Shown here: positions 37,236 through 49,519 of the stretch, in pieces | Numbering within the stretch: position 1 is the stretch's first letter | Layout: every line of letters starts with the position of its first letter | Translations under genes and position numbers: made by a program | The notes under the pieces: generated by a model | Databases searched by the model: none | Seen by the model: only the letters and a program-made list of their open reading frames with translations | Told to the model about the DNA's origin: nothing | Assembly (NCBI GenBank): GCA_963514005.1 | Contig: OY740789.1 | Coordinates: 41,850,001-41,914,000, forward strand | Source: Raja brachyura | Taxonomy: Eukaryota | Length of the DNA stretch: 64,000 nt | Direction of reading: 5' to 3'

Positions 37236-40200
37236 AATAGTAAGATTAAACGAGAACTTACCAGTTTGAGGTGTGATCTTTATTTTATGAGGAGTTGCGA
37301 TGAGGGATTTCGTGAAGACCCCGCCAGGCACGCATGCGCAACATTCTTCAAAGCAGCAGTGTGGAATCACAGAACCAACAACAAAAATGACTTGTTATAG
37401 TAAGATTGGAGACTCTATATACCAGTTGACCTTATGGTAGAGGGTTGGGAGCGGAGGGCACGAAATCCCTCATCGCAACTCCTCATAAAATAAAGATCAA
37501 ACCTCAAACTGGTAAGTTCTCGTTTAATCTTACTATTTCATTTCGGAGTCACGCGAGTGACTTTGTGAAGATTTCAAAGCTCTGTGATTACATGCCCTGG
37601 ACCACGTCCATGCGCACACACTGCCGTAAAACTGATGGAGGAAGTATGTTAACGTATTTCAGACTTCAACAAGCTGAAAAATAATAACATTATTGTTAAT
37701 ACAACAATAAACCCCTGAACTCGGGGACAAACGTTTAGGGACAGCACTTAAACATGCGCAACGTTGCGGAAACGGCCACAGGCCGCAGTTTCACTGGCCC
37801 AGCCCGCTATCACGAGGACATGCTCCATGAACACCTCCATGGTCCTCGTCGCTGATGTGGATGGAGCCTTGGTAGAGTGACATTTCAAAATGGTTAGTGT
37901 CTTACCGGCTGCACCAAATACCACCTTGAGCCATCTGGAGATAGTCTGCACCATCACCCTGTGACGTGGGTTTCCATGGCTGACAACAGATCCGCCTCCA
38001 TATTCCTGATGGCCATTTGCAGACCTGTAGTCGTAGGTCTGTATAGTTTAAGTAACTCTTTCATAAAGAAGTTATTTTATTATGGGTCGATCATTCTATC
38101 CAGGTTTAATTCCTGTAGAGTCTGGACCCGTTGTGCTGTATTCAGTGCTATTGCCATCACCACTTTAAAGGTGAGTAAGTCCAGTGGTAACTCCGTCATA
38201 AGCGACCAGCCCGAGTAGGGTCAACACCACCCTTATCTCTCAGATATTATATCGTGGTCGGGAAGGGATGGATAGAACATATCCCTCGTAGTTTGGATAA
38301 CAGCTGGTGAGATCCCACTCCAATGTTGAGCTAGGATGACAGTGCACTCCTGGCACTGTATACAGCACTGTAACTGAGGGACTCATCATAATGAAGACCC
38401 GTGAGGATGCCAGCACATTGGGGATCGTAGCAGATATGTAGGTGGTCTTGGTCCGACTACAGAAAACCTCCCATATCCTATGTAGGTGAGGTACTGCTTC
38501 CCAGTGGACTTCCTCTGCACGATCTGTATGACGTCCATTGTCCTATATGTTCCAGAAACTGGGTACGTTTTCTGCAACACCTGTCTGATGATGCAGAATG
38601 GAGAAAGCATAGAAATCCATTTCCCCTAATGTAGCGATAACTCGTCCATCGCCACTCCCGCAGGATCTGGTTCTCAAGAGACACATATATGTATCTAATG
38701 GTTCACCTGGACGCAAGGAGGTCGATATCTGGTGTTCCATATTATACTCTAATTTTAGCAAATATTTGGAGGTTCAACATCCACTTGGTGTCGTTTATTA
38801 GATAATTGTGACCTGGTATCCGCCACTGTATAGAGCTAACCAGAAGGTAAATAGCTGATATCCAAATATTTCTTTTAATGCACCAGAGCCAATTAATTTT
38901 TCCAATTCATCACAAGATATTGACTTGATACCACCCATTAGGTTTGAATATGCCACCTCAGTGGTATTCTATGGAGATGGACATACATATGCTGCAGATT
39001 GGTGCATTAAGCCCGCAGCCTATGACATGCTCCAAGCATATCTGAGCAGTCCCAGCTGTAGGTGCTTGCGCCGGTTTGTAACATGGTTAATGGGTTTTAT
39101 GTAAGGATGGGATTTAACAATCACAAACATTGCTAATCCACCATTGTAATTTAATTTATGCCTTGATTGGCGGCTGCATAGGCCCGTAAATGTCTAGCAT
39201 TGGCTATTAATGCCAAGATTTTGCTCTTTGCAAGCTCCCTCTCCTAGTGAGGTTATATATATGCAGCACTCTCTGGAGAACCTGACCCCTTGCCTCCATG
39301 GTTACCGGCGGGTCTGACGTTCTGGATCATGATATTCCATTGGATTGTGGTGAGGTGCTGCTGACGTATAGGTCCTTACTGGTCTTCAGGTGGTCCCCGA
39401 GGTCTTGCATATGATGTTTGCCTGCGCACTGCCGGCCTGCTGGAGGGAGGTGGGTTATCAACCCGACTGCCTCCGTCTCCTAATCCAGGTCCTTGCCCTG
39501 TATGGGCAGGTCCTCACTGAACAGCTGTCTTGGTGGTGGCGTCGCAGATGCCTTGTACAACCCCGCAAATATGGGGTTTAGGAGTCGGTTAAATGGCGAT
39601 ATTCCGGGAAGCGTTAACTTCATGACTAATATCGCAAGAGCATCCTCCTGCTCTGCTGTCATTTCCGAACCGTCAACCGACCTGGCAAAGGCAGTAAACC
39701 TCAGCAATTTCAGGATCTTTGTATCTCAGCTCCTGTGCCCTATCCCGGGACTGTTGTTGCCGTAGATGGGCGTCATTGACAGTACATATAATGATGTGCA
39801 GTTGTTTGGGCCTAGTATTTGTTGACCGTCTAGGTAAGGACCTGTTCCTGCAGCTGGTGTGTAGTGAGGTAGTCCGCTAGCCCCATAATTGGACTGCAAC
39901 ATGCTGACCTGTGCTTAGGCTGGGCGAACTTGGAGACCACATTCAGCAGTTCCCATAAGATTGTCCTTCTGGGTTGTCTTAGGTACTATAGGTTCCCTAC
40001 TTACGTGTCAGCCAGCTGCTGATTCGTAGTTTCCCCACAAATGACGGGAACATGCTGGGTGGCCCAGCCTCATGTCTCCACGACTGGAGGACATCTGGTC
40101 CAGCTGCAAATTGTGCTCTAGGATACACTCCATCATGCGCTCCATCCAAGCCATGCGACTGCTGCCGCATCTACGAACGACAAGTCGACTTCCTCAGGTT

Positions 40201-42179
40201 CTGGAGAATCTCCGAGGCTTCTGTCATCGCCCTGCACCTCGTCGAGGTGATAACAAGGGTGCCTAGACAGGATGTCGCTGCCTGCCGCTTCTGCATGGCT
40301 AAGCGACTCCCGTGCGGACCTGCCGCTAGTCCGTCATTCTTCGGACAGAGGCGGCCAGCTAGACTGATAAGGCATGAGCTGTATGAGTCGGTCCCGGCTG
40401 CCGAAGCGTGGTACCCCGACGTCCGCGCGGGCTTGCCGCCTGTCCTCCTAAGAGACAAAGGCGACGTTCGGTCACGTCCTGCCACTACAAGGGGGGTGCG
40501 GTGACCGAGATGAGACCACACCGACCTGCAACCAGGCAGGCTCCGTCGGTGCTGAGTCTGTGTCCTCCTTTGGGACAAAGGCGTCGTTCGGTCACGTCCT
40601 GCCGCTAAAGGGGGGTGCGGTGACCGACACGATCCGGTGGTGAGTCTATGCCGGCTGCACATGTGGTCCTACAGACCCAGGCCTCAATCCTTCACCGGTC
40701 CACGATCTGGTGGCCTGCTCCGGTGGAAAGTCGACCCCGGCTCCTATGGCGGGGTTCACCGACTGCTGTGCGATTCTTCCCCTGGTCCTCCCTCTGTTGA
40801 CCTGCATATTTGGGGAGAGAGAACGTGCCAAGAATATAACACGTTACGCACCTTTGCTCCACTGTCGCTATGCTTAAGTGACAGCGGTAAGGAGTCATAC
40901 TTCGATGCCTTCATTCTGGTTTCCTATCCATTGTTTCTGTAAGCAAAGTCTAGTACAGAAGCTAAACAACTCAAGGTTAGTATCTTACCTGAGGGTCTTT
41001 ATGAGCTTCCGGGGGAGGAGCGCACTCTCTTCCCCTAGCTCCAATGGTGACCAGATTCTCATGCGGGACATAGACGGCCGCTAACGGTAAGGCCCCCGCC
41101 TATATGCGAGCCCCCGGCTCTACTACCTCTAAAGGGTAGCATGGCCGTTCGGCCGCGGTATACCTGCGGCCTGTGGCGTCGAGTCGGAGCTCCTGCTCTG
41201 CCTCTGCTGCCCGCGAAAGGCAGTCTCCGGGCCCGGATCCTGTCCACGGGCTAGTTCAATTCCCGGGTATGTAAAACCGTCAGCCCACAGAACCTTGCGG
41301 GCTGCGGTGCAGATTTGTGCTGCCGCTCTGCCGTCGCTGCGCGAACGGTGAGTGTGAGCCCGGACCCCACCGGGTCAACGAGCTGCCCCGTTGTAAAAAT
41401 AAAGTTGGGCTTTTAACAGCATGAATAAATTCCTGCAACTCCATTCCCTCTTAAATACAGCACTGGGATATTGCAGGCTGTGTAGAGTTGAGTTGGGGCT
41501 AGCCCCTACTCTGTGTTAATGCCAACAGCCCGCAGTATCCTGTGGGCTGCGGTGTAAGTCGGGCTGCTGCTCTGCCGTCGCTATCCGCGAACGGCGAGCC
41601 TGCAAGCCCCCACTTCTATATTAATGCCGTCAGCCCGCAGTATCCTTGTAGGCTGCTGCTCTGCCGTCGCTATCCGCGAACGGCGAGCCTGCAAGCCCCC
41701 ACTTCTATATTAATGCCGATAGCCCGCAGTATCCTTGCGGGCTGCGGTGTAAAATCAGGCTTCTGCTCTGCCGTTGCTCACTGCACACAGCGAGCCTGCA
41801 AGCCCCACTCACTTATAAATGCCGCCAGCCCGCGGTCTGCGGTGTAGAGTCGGCTGCCTCTGCCGTCCTCCGCCGGCGAGTGTGAGACCGGACCCACCTG
41901 GGTCAAAGGGCTCTTCCCGACTCCATAAATAAGAGCCGCCGCTGACTGCCCGCATTCCGCGGTCCGCAGTCAGTGCCGAAGCGGCCTGGAGCACTCTGAA
42001 AACAGAGTCTCTGAAAAGAAAAAAGGGACGGCGGGTTAGTTTTTTCACTTACCTGCAGGTCCCAGCAGTAGAGGAGCAACGTTCCTCCCTGCCCGTCGCT
42101 CGCACGCGGTCGACGACATGTCGCGCAAGCGTGCCTGGCGGGGTCTTCACGAAGTCACTCACGTGACTCCGAAATGAAA
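37236..42179 (-). mobile_element. DIRS1-like tyrosine-recombinase retrotransposon with both termini (coding regions decayed)
   Basis: ITRs at 37309-37345 and 42116-42152. ICR at 37459-37571 is complementary to both ends. YR motifs TISRWLK...HST...AGWASE; methyltransferase-like PDIDLLASR and FYAF.PF. No TSD. Confidence 0.92.
41270..41900. repeat. GC-rich tandem subrepeats (about 80-100 bp) in the DIRS 5' region
   Basis: Repeated AGCCCGCAGTATCCTTGCGGGCTGCGGTG...CTCTGCCGTCGCT..GCGAACGGCGAG. Confidence 0.85.
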
Positions 42180-42631
42180 TTCATGTATTTGAGTACAACC
42201 CACAAAGTTGTTTTGCATCCTTCAGTCCAGGTAGTTTGATTGTACTGAATTAATCAATTTGGGAGAATACCATATGAGAGGAGCAGAATTAGGCTATTTG
42301 GCCCATCAAGTCTACTCTGCCATTCGATCATGGTTGATCTATTTTTCCCTCTCAACCCCTTTCTCCTGCCTTCTCCCCATAATCTAAGATGCCCATACTA
42401 ATCAAGAACCTATCAATCTCAGTTTAAAAAAATATCACAAGCCTTGGCCTCGACAGCTGTTTGTTGCAAAAAAATCCAGATTCATCTCTTTCTGGCTAAA
42501 GAAATTCCTCCTGATCTCCATTCTAAAGTCACATCCTTTATTATGAGGATTTGCTCTCTTGTTCCAGACTCCAATGACTGGAAACATCCTTCCCATGCCC
42601 CTTCTATCCAAACCCTTCATTATTTGGTAGG

Positions 42632-42763
42632 GGTGGATGATTGCAACCTTCACATGGTCCACCCTGTTTCGACTAATGCACAACCCGATGTTCACAAACA
42701 AAAGATCAAATAGAACAAGTTGACTAACAACTTTAGGCTGTGCACGCCATACACTAGAAAAAG
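42632..42763 (+). mobile_element. 132-bp retroposed insertion
   Basis: 13-bp TSD ATTATTTGGTAGG (42619-42631, 42764-42776); purine-rich 3' tail. Confidence 0.7.
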
Positions 42764-43342
42764 ATTATTTGGTAGGTTTTGATGAGACCCCCCCCTCGTC
42801 CTTTCAAACTGCAGCGAGTACAGACCCAGAGCCAGCAAAAGTGCCTCATACGTTAACCCAATCATCCCCGCTATAATTCTCGTAAACTTCCTCTGGACCC
42901 TCTCTAATGCCAACACATCCTTCCTCAGGTATGGAGCCCAAAACTGCACACATCATTCCAAATGTGGTTTCAACAGCACCTTATAAAGCTTCAGTATTAC
43001 ATCATTATTTTTATATTCCTGCCCTCTCAAAATGAATGCTAACATTGCATTTGCTGACCTTTTCAACCTGCAAATTAACCTTTTGGGAAACATACACCAA
43101 CACTCCCAAGTCCCTTTGCACTTCCGATTGATGAATATTCTCTCCATTTAGAAAGTAGCCTATGTCTTTGCTCCTTCTAGAAAAGTGCATGATGGAACAC
43201 TTTGCTACGCTGTATTACATTTCCCACTTTTTTGCCCACTCTTCCAACCTGTCCAAGTCCTTCTGCAGACTCTCCACATCCTCTACCCTACCTGCCCCTC
43301 CCTCTACCTACCTTAGTGTCATCTGCAAACTTGGCCACAAAG

Positions 43343-44371
43343 TAGGTATGTTACAAAACTTACCTTGAGCAGCGCTGCAGTTCTGCCGCTCCCCGTGTGC
43401 GTGACTTTGGCGCCTTTCAGAGGGGGGCGGGCTTAAAGCGCCATTTTTCTGCAGACTGGGAAAATCGATCCATGTTGGGTGATTTCGTTGCGGAAGAAAA
43501 ATCGCTCCGACATTTCATTCATTAAGTATTTTAAAATTACGCTAGATTATTTATTAACTAGAGTAATTTAAAAATCACCTTCAAAAGCCGCGAGTGCCGA
43601 CAACGGGAAGGATTTTGCGTAGGAGAGAAAAAAACGTACACAGTTTATTTTTATATTAAAAGTTGGTTTTTAGGGAGGCTTTAATCACATTTTCATGTTG
43701 CGAAATGGGGTCCAAAAAAAATGTATGAATCAACAGTATTTTTCCTCCCGACTTCACCGCAAACCGCAACGTTCTAATCAACCGCATTCCACTAAAACCC
43801 ACTCGCCAGTTGATTTAAATGGCCATTAATTTACAGGCATTAAACAATAAATCCTTCCATTTGGCCCAGAAATTCATGAAAATTAGATTTAAAAATTATG
43901 TTATATTGTGGATTATTGTGTGAATGTTATTTGGACACTTAGGCAATTTTAAAAAAAGTTTATCTTTTCTTAAGAAATGGATAGATGTTTAGATCTACTC
44001 ATTGAATTTTGTAATTAGCTACGATTAGATAACTAACTAATTATATGCTTTAATTTCAGGTCATCCAAGTAAGATTGTTTCATATTTGTTTCAGAATGCT
44101 TCAATCTATAATAACTGAAAATTTCATTGAGTTCTCTTAATTTTTAAGAAAGTTATGGGCTTTTGACTATTCTAGATCACAGCTTTTGAGTCAATTGAAA
44201 GGCAATGGGGAACAAGATGCTAATTTCCGAGTATGAAAATGGTCATACGTTTCTTAATACTGAAGATATGAAAGTGAATTAGGTGTCAAATTAAACTTCT
44301 TTTCATGCTTTATCTGATGGGATAAATGGCAGACTTGATTTTTAAAATTTCAAAATGTTTTAACATTGCTA
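43343..44371 (+). mobile_element. Non-autonomous TIR DNA transposon (TAG...CTA ends, 7-bp TSD)
   Basis: TAGGTATGTTACAAAA ... TTTTAACATTGCTA; TSD CACAAAG; inserted in CR1. Confidence 0.85.
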
Positions 44372-45586
44372 CACAAAGATCATTAACAAATAACTTGAAA
44401 AATGCCAGACTCAACACGCACCCCATGGAACACCACTGGTCAATGGGAACGAACCAGAAAAGACCACTTTTATTCTCATTCTTTGCGTTCTGCCAGACAG
44501 CCAAACTTTTATCCATGCTAATACCTTGCCTCCAATACCATGGGCTCCTATGGTATTGTCTGACTGTCTATCATGCTCATTACTTCCTGAATATTTCGGC
44601 TCCATGCTGACTTTGGCTTATTTTATCATTCGCTTCCAGATACCCTGAAATCTCATCCTTAATGTGCAACCACAGAAGTCAGACTCACTGGACTATAATT
44701 TATTGTCTTTTGCCTTGCTCCCTTTTCAAACAGTGAAGTTACATTTGTGGTGTTCTAGTCCCCTGGAACCATTCCTGACCTTAGTGATTCTTGAAAAATC
44801 ACTTTAAATGACTCTACAATCTCATTAGTTAACTCTTTCAGAACCCTGGCGTGTAGTCCATTTGGTCCAGGTGACTTATCCACCTTCAGACCTTTCAGCT
44901 TCCCAAGCATCTTCTCCTCAGTTAATAGCAACTGCTCCTAGACTCACTTGAAATTCTGGCACATTACTGGTGTCTTCCACTGTGAAGACTGACCAAAAAA
45001 AAACATGTTCAGTTCATCTGCCGTTTCTTTGTTCCCCATTACTACTTCTCCTGTATAATTTCCAGCAGTCAAAGGGAAAATAAACAATTAAATAAAAAAT
45101 GGGATTAAAAAGCCATTTAGTCAGAGTTATACAACATGGAAACAGGCACATCAGCCCAACTAACCCAACTGGACTGATTCCACTAGCTTGCACCTGGTTC
45201 ATATCTGTCCAAACCTTTTATATCCTGCCCAAGTGGCTTTTAAATGTCATATCTGTGCCTGCATCTACGACTTCCTTCACCAACATGTTCCATGTACAAG
45301 CCATTTTTGTGCAAAAAGTGATCCCCTAGATCTCTTTAAATTCTTTCCTCTCTCATCTCTCCATGCACTCTAGTTTTAGAATCCCCAACCCTTAGAATCC
45401 CTAAGATTTTATATTTCAATAAAGTCACCTTTCAGCCTGTCACACCAGGGGAAAAGGTCCTGCCCTATCTAGCCTCTCCTTTAACTTAAACTCTCCAACC
45501 TGGTATCATCCTAGCAAATCATATTTGTATCCTTTCCAATTTAATGATCATTTAAATATTGCTATAGCTTCTTTTTTCATAGAAAA

Positions 45587-47580
45587 CTAGACCAAGTGGG
45601 ACCCGTTGGGCCCCGTCCTCAACGCAGTAATCGACCACTCTCCCATAGCCCCGACGAGAGGCCTGGTCCCCCAACACAACCCGTTGGCACACGTGGGGGG
45701 GAGGGGGGCAGTCAGCGCTTCCCGGAGCCAATGAATGGACTTGACTTTTGAGTCGGCGCAGGCGCTCTGTGGAGCCAATAAATCCTTCCCACGTGCTAAT
45801 GGTGATGCTGCTGGTCAACAATTGGGTCACCAATGCCAGAGAGGGGCATGGCCAAAAATCTGTCTCTCAAAATTCTGTGGAGAGTGGGCTGTGGGGAGTG
45901 GGGGAAGATACAAAAACACACACACACACACATTCAAGATGAGACTTGGAAAAAGGTCCTACCATATCCAGCTTCTCCTTTAACTTAAACCGTCCAACCT
46001 GGTAACATCCTAGCAAATCATTTTTTTATTTGTTCCAATTTAATGATCATTGAAATATTACTATAGCTTCTTTTTTTATAGCCAACTAGATTAAGTGGGA
46101 CCTGTTGGGCCCCATCCCTCAACGCAATAATCCACAACTCACCCACTGCCGCCATGGGAGCCCCAGTCCCCCAACGCAACCCGTCGGCACACGTGCGGGG
46201 GGGAGGGGCAATCAGTGCTTCCCGGAGCCAATGAATGGCCTCGACTTTCGGGTCGGCGTCGGCGCATTGTGGAGCCCTCCGAGGGCTGTGGGTAAATTTG
46301 GCGAAGTCTTGGCTGTTGTTGCTATTGGCAACAATGACTGCAGCTTATGTAAATGATCCCATTGCGATTGGTGGACTATGAGATGGCACTGTGACATCAT
46401 CACTGGAAGCTGCCAGAAAACTCAACGCAGAGTGACAGTTATTCTTCTCAAACTGGGCTTTTTAAAACTTTAAATATCAATAACATGAAATATAACATCT
46501 AATCTGAAGAAAAGTTGACAGGAATGACCACGGGACAAAGTGGAGTAGGATTCTACAAAAGATTTAGCACTACTGCATAAGTCTCCCTGTCAAAGGCAGT
46601 TATTTTTTTCAAAGCTGGCTTTTTAAAAACTTTAAATATCAACAACTTTTGAAATACAACACCAAATCTGAAGGAAACTTGATTATCACGACGACCGGAA
46701 AAAAGTGAGTAAGATTCTGTAAAGATTTGCAGCGCTACCTCATATCGTTTTGACGAAGATACAAAAACACACACATTCAAGATGAGACTCGGAAAAAGGT
46801 CCTACCGTATCCAGCCTCTCCTTTAACATTAAACCCTCCAACCTGGTATGATCCTAGCAAATCATTTTTGTATTCTTTCCAATTTAATGATCATTTAAAT
46901 ATTGCTATAGTTTTTTTTTATAGACAACTAGACCAAGTGGGACCCGTTGGGCCTCCAACCCAATAATCCACCACTCAGCCGTTCCCCCAACGTAACCCGG
47001 TTCCACCCCTCACCAATGAATGGACTCGACTTTCAGGTCGGCGTCGGCGCTCCATGGGCTGGGGGTAAAATTCGTGAAGACTTGGCTGCTGTTACCATTG
47101 GCAACAATGACTCTGCAGCTTATGTAAATTATCTCATTGTGATTGGTGGACTGTAAGATGGCACTGTGACATCATCACTGGAAGCTGCCGGAAAACTCAA
47201 CGCAGAGTGACAGTTATTTTTGTCAAACTGGGCCTTTTAAAACTTTAAATATCAATAACGTGAAATATAACATCAAATTTGAAAGAAAGTTGACAGGAAT
47301 GACAACGGGACAAAGTCAAGTAAGATTCGGCAAAAATTTTAGCGCCACTGTGTCCTGTCAAAGGCAGCTTTTTTTTTAAAGCTGGCTTTTTTTAAACTTT
47401 AGATATCAATAACATTTGAAATAAAACATCAAATCTTAAGGAAACCTGATTATCGCGACAACTGGAAAAATGTTAGTAAGATTCTGTAAAATATTTCAGT
47501 GCTACCGCATAGCGTTTTGGCAAAGATACAAACAGACAAACACACACACACACAAGATGAGACTTTTATAAGTATATAGA
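45587..47580 (-). mobile_element. Triplicated Helitron-like element with duplicated 3' flank
   Basis: A^TCTATATACTTATAAAAG 5' end at 47580; hairpin plus CTAG at 46928, 46086 and 45587; a ~140-bp flank copy follows each CTAG. Confidence 0.8.
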
Positions 47581-47581
47581 T

Positions 47582-47795
47582 AGACTATAGACAATGGGTG
47601 CAGAAATAGGCCAATTCGACCCTTCGAGCCAGCACCGCCATTCACAGTGATCATGGCTGATCATCTTCAATCAGTGCCCCGTTCCTGCCTTCTCCCCACT
47701 GCCTTCTGAGGCAGAGAGTTTCACATATTCACAACCCTCTGTGTAAAAATGTTTTTCCTCATCTCCGTTCTAAATGGCTTACCCCTTATTCTAAA
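47582..47795 (-). mobile_element. CR1 3' fragment
   Basis: Homologous to 1548-1871 (CCCTTCGAGCCAGCACCGCCATTC...TTTTTCCTCATCTCCGT). Confidence 0.8.
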
Positions 47796-48134
47796 TTGGA
47801 TTAGACCTGCCACTTAAAAATGGGAAGATCCATTGGCCTATTTATAGGCCAATTACTTGACTGAATTTGGGGAAGATAATATAGTGTCTTTCCAGATGAC
47901 CCAAGGCAATTTAGAGCCAATGAAATACCTTGAATATAATCACCACTTTGAACTAGAAAACAGAGCAACCAATTTTGTACAAAGTAAGCGGATACCACTG
48001 TAATGACTGGAAATATAATTTAATAAATACAGATTATAATATGATGGTATCTACTGTATTAAGAAATATGGGAGAGCACTACTATTTTTCTTGGAAATAC
48101 ATTTTATGCCTCAGTTTCAATCACTTAGAGTGGC

Positions 48135-48300
48135 TGGCACCATTGTTTAACACCTTGTCCGAAAGATAGCAACTTCGCCAAGCAGTACTTCCACAATATT
48201 GGGTTGGAGATTTGGACTAGATCTCTTCAGGTATATGGAGTGTGATTTGAATCAAAAACTCCTGTTTCACAAGAAAAGCTGCTATGAAATGAGGCACACC
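48135..48300 (-). mobile_element. Ancient Deu-domain SINE relic
   Basis: TTTAAC....TCCGAAAGA..GCA.C..C...GCAGTACT.CC...GGAGTG.GA.TTGAA resembles the reverse of the recalled SacSINE1/AmnSINE1 core. Confidence 0.4.
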
Positions 48301-49408
48301 AGACAAAAGCCAAGTCTGAACAAAGGACTCTGCGACAGCCAGAACTTAAATGTGGATAAGAAGGATTTTTTCCTTAAGGACTGATGGAAAATTTGAAGAT
48401 ACAGCAAAATAATCATGAAATAATTTCAAGAGCTCAAATATGCACATCGAAAGGTAAGATCTTCACTAATCATTGCACAATGTTCAATTCCATTAGTAAG
48501 TTTTCAGCAAATGCAGACCATCCCGACATGGAGACAACTTCCAAACATAGGCTGATAAGAGACAAGTGACAGTCACATGGCAGTAATGCCAGGCAATGCA
48601 TGTCTCCAACAAAAAAGGAGATAACTACCTACCCTCAACATTCATTGGCATTACAATCAGAGTTCCATCACCATGGCAAGGGTTATCTTTGACCAGAAAC
48701 CCAACTAGACCATCCATAATTATCATGCACTGTGCAGGCTATTCTGACCAAGCTGCACATCATTCTGACAAGGTAAAATTGTACTGATCCTTCATAGTTT
48801 GCTGGGTCAAAATGTAGGAATTCCCTTCCCACAGTACTGTCGGAGTACACTTAGTAGAAGGACTGCACCAGATCAAGACAACTCTTCATTAGCTTCTCTA
48901 GGGCAGTAAGAGATGGTAATAAATTCTGGCCTTTTCATAGAAGCCCAGATCCAAAAAAATGAATTGTATTAACAAAAAATAAATAAAATGGGTATTACAA
49001 TATGATTCATCTAGTGTCCTGAATTAACTGAGCAACACAATTTCAGTATCTCAGGTAAAATAAAAATAAGTTTCCCCAAAAGTCAACTAATGATGTTAGA
49101 TTAAAATTGCCCGATAGTCATGGTGACTTGTTTGCAAGAGACAGAAAATGAATGTCCGATAATCTACAAAATAATTAAGCACACTATACAACAGAATTGT
49201 ATTTCATTATTTGGAAAATAATCAAGCAGCCACAATCCGTGTTAAAACATAAAATTCCTGTAGAAAATATGGACCATTATGCAACCAAATTTATGTAAAG
49301 CAAATTAATCAAAACTCAAATGAACAGTTTCACACTTCATTCTCAGAGTATTGATAAGTTCCACAAATTAGTAATTTTCATGCAATCAAAAGTAAACTTT
49401 ATGCTTAC

Positions 49409-49519
49409 CTTTTTGCTTTAGGCTGGCTTCAATCGTCACAAAATTTTCAAAAAAAACATAATATATGTGTGAATATGTTTGATCAAAGAATGGCTTCAAA
49501 TCATTTAGCTCAGAGTTTT
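49409..49519 (-). CDS. RALGAPA1: RALGAPA1 exon 2 (111 nt)
   Basis: ttgcag|...[38 protein letters not shown]|gtaagc. Confidence 0.95.

Larger units (their letters stand above)
42277..45070 (-). mobile_element. CR1 LINE remnant, interrupted twice
   Basis: HGIGGKVLAWIKVWL, SGVP.G, KFADDTK, LYKVLLKPHLE, QFWAPYLRKDVLALERVQRKFTR, EIRRNFFSQ. Confidence 0.85.

Noticed and set aside
38386-38761. Adenine methyltransferase-like motifs as a novel host gene
   Set aside because: Known accessory domain of DIRS1 elements, frameshifted here.
41270-41900. Repeat array with hairpins that could look CRISPR-like
   Set aside because: Vertebrate DNA, no unique spacers and no cas genes; these are DIRS internal subrepeats.
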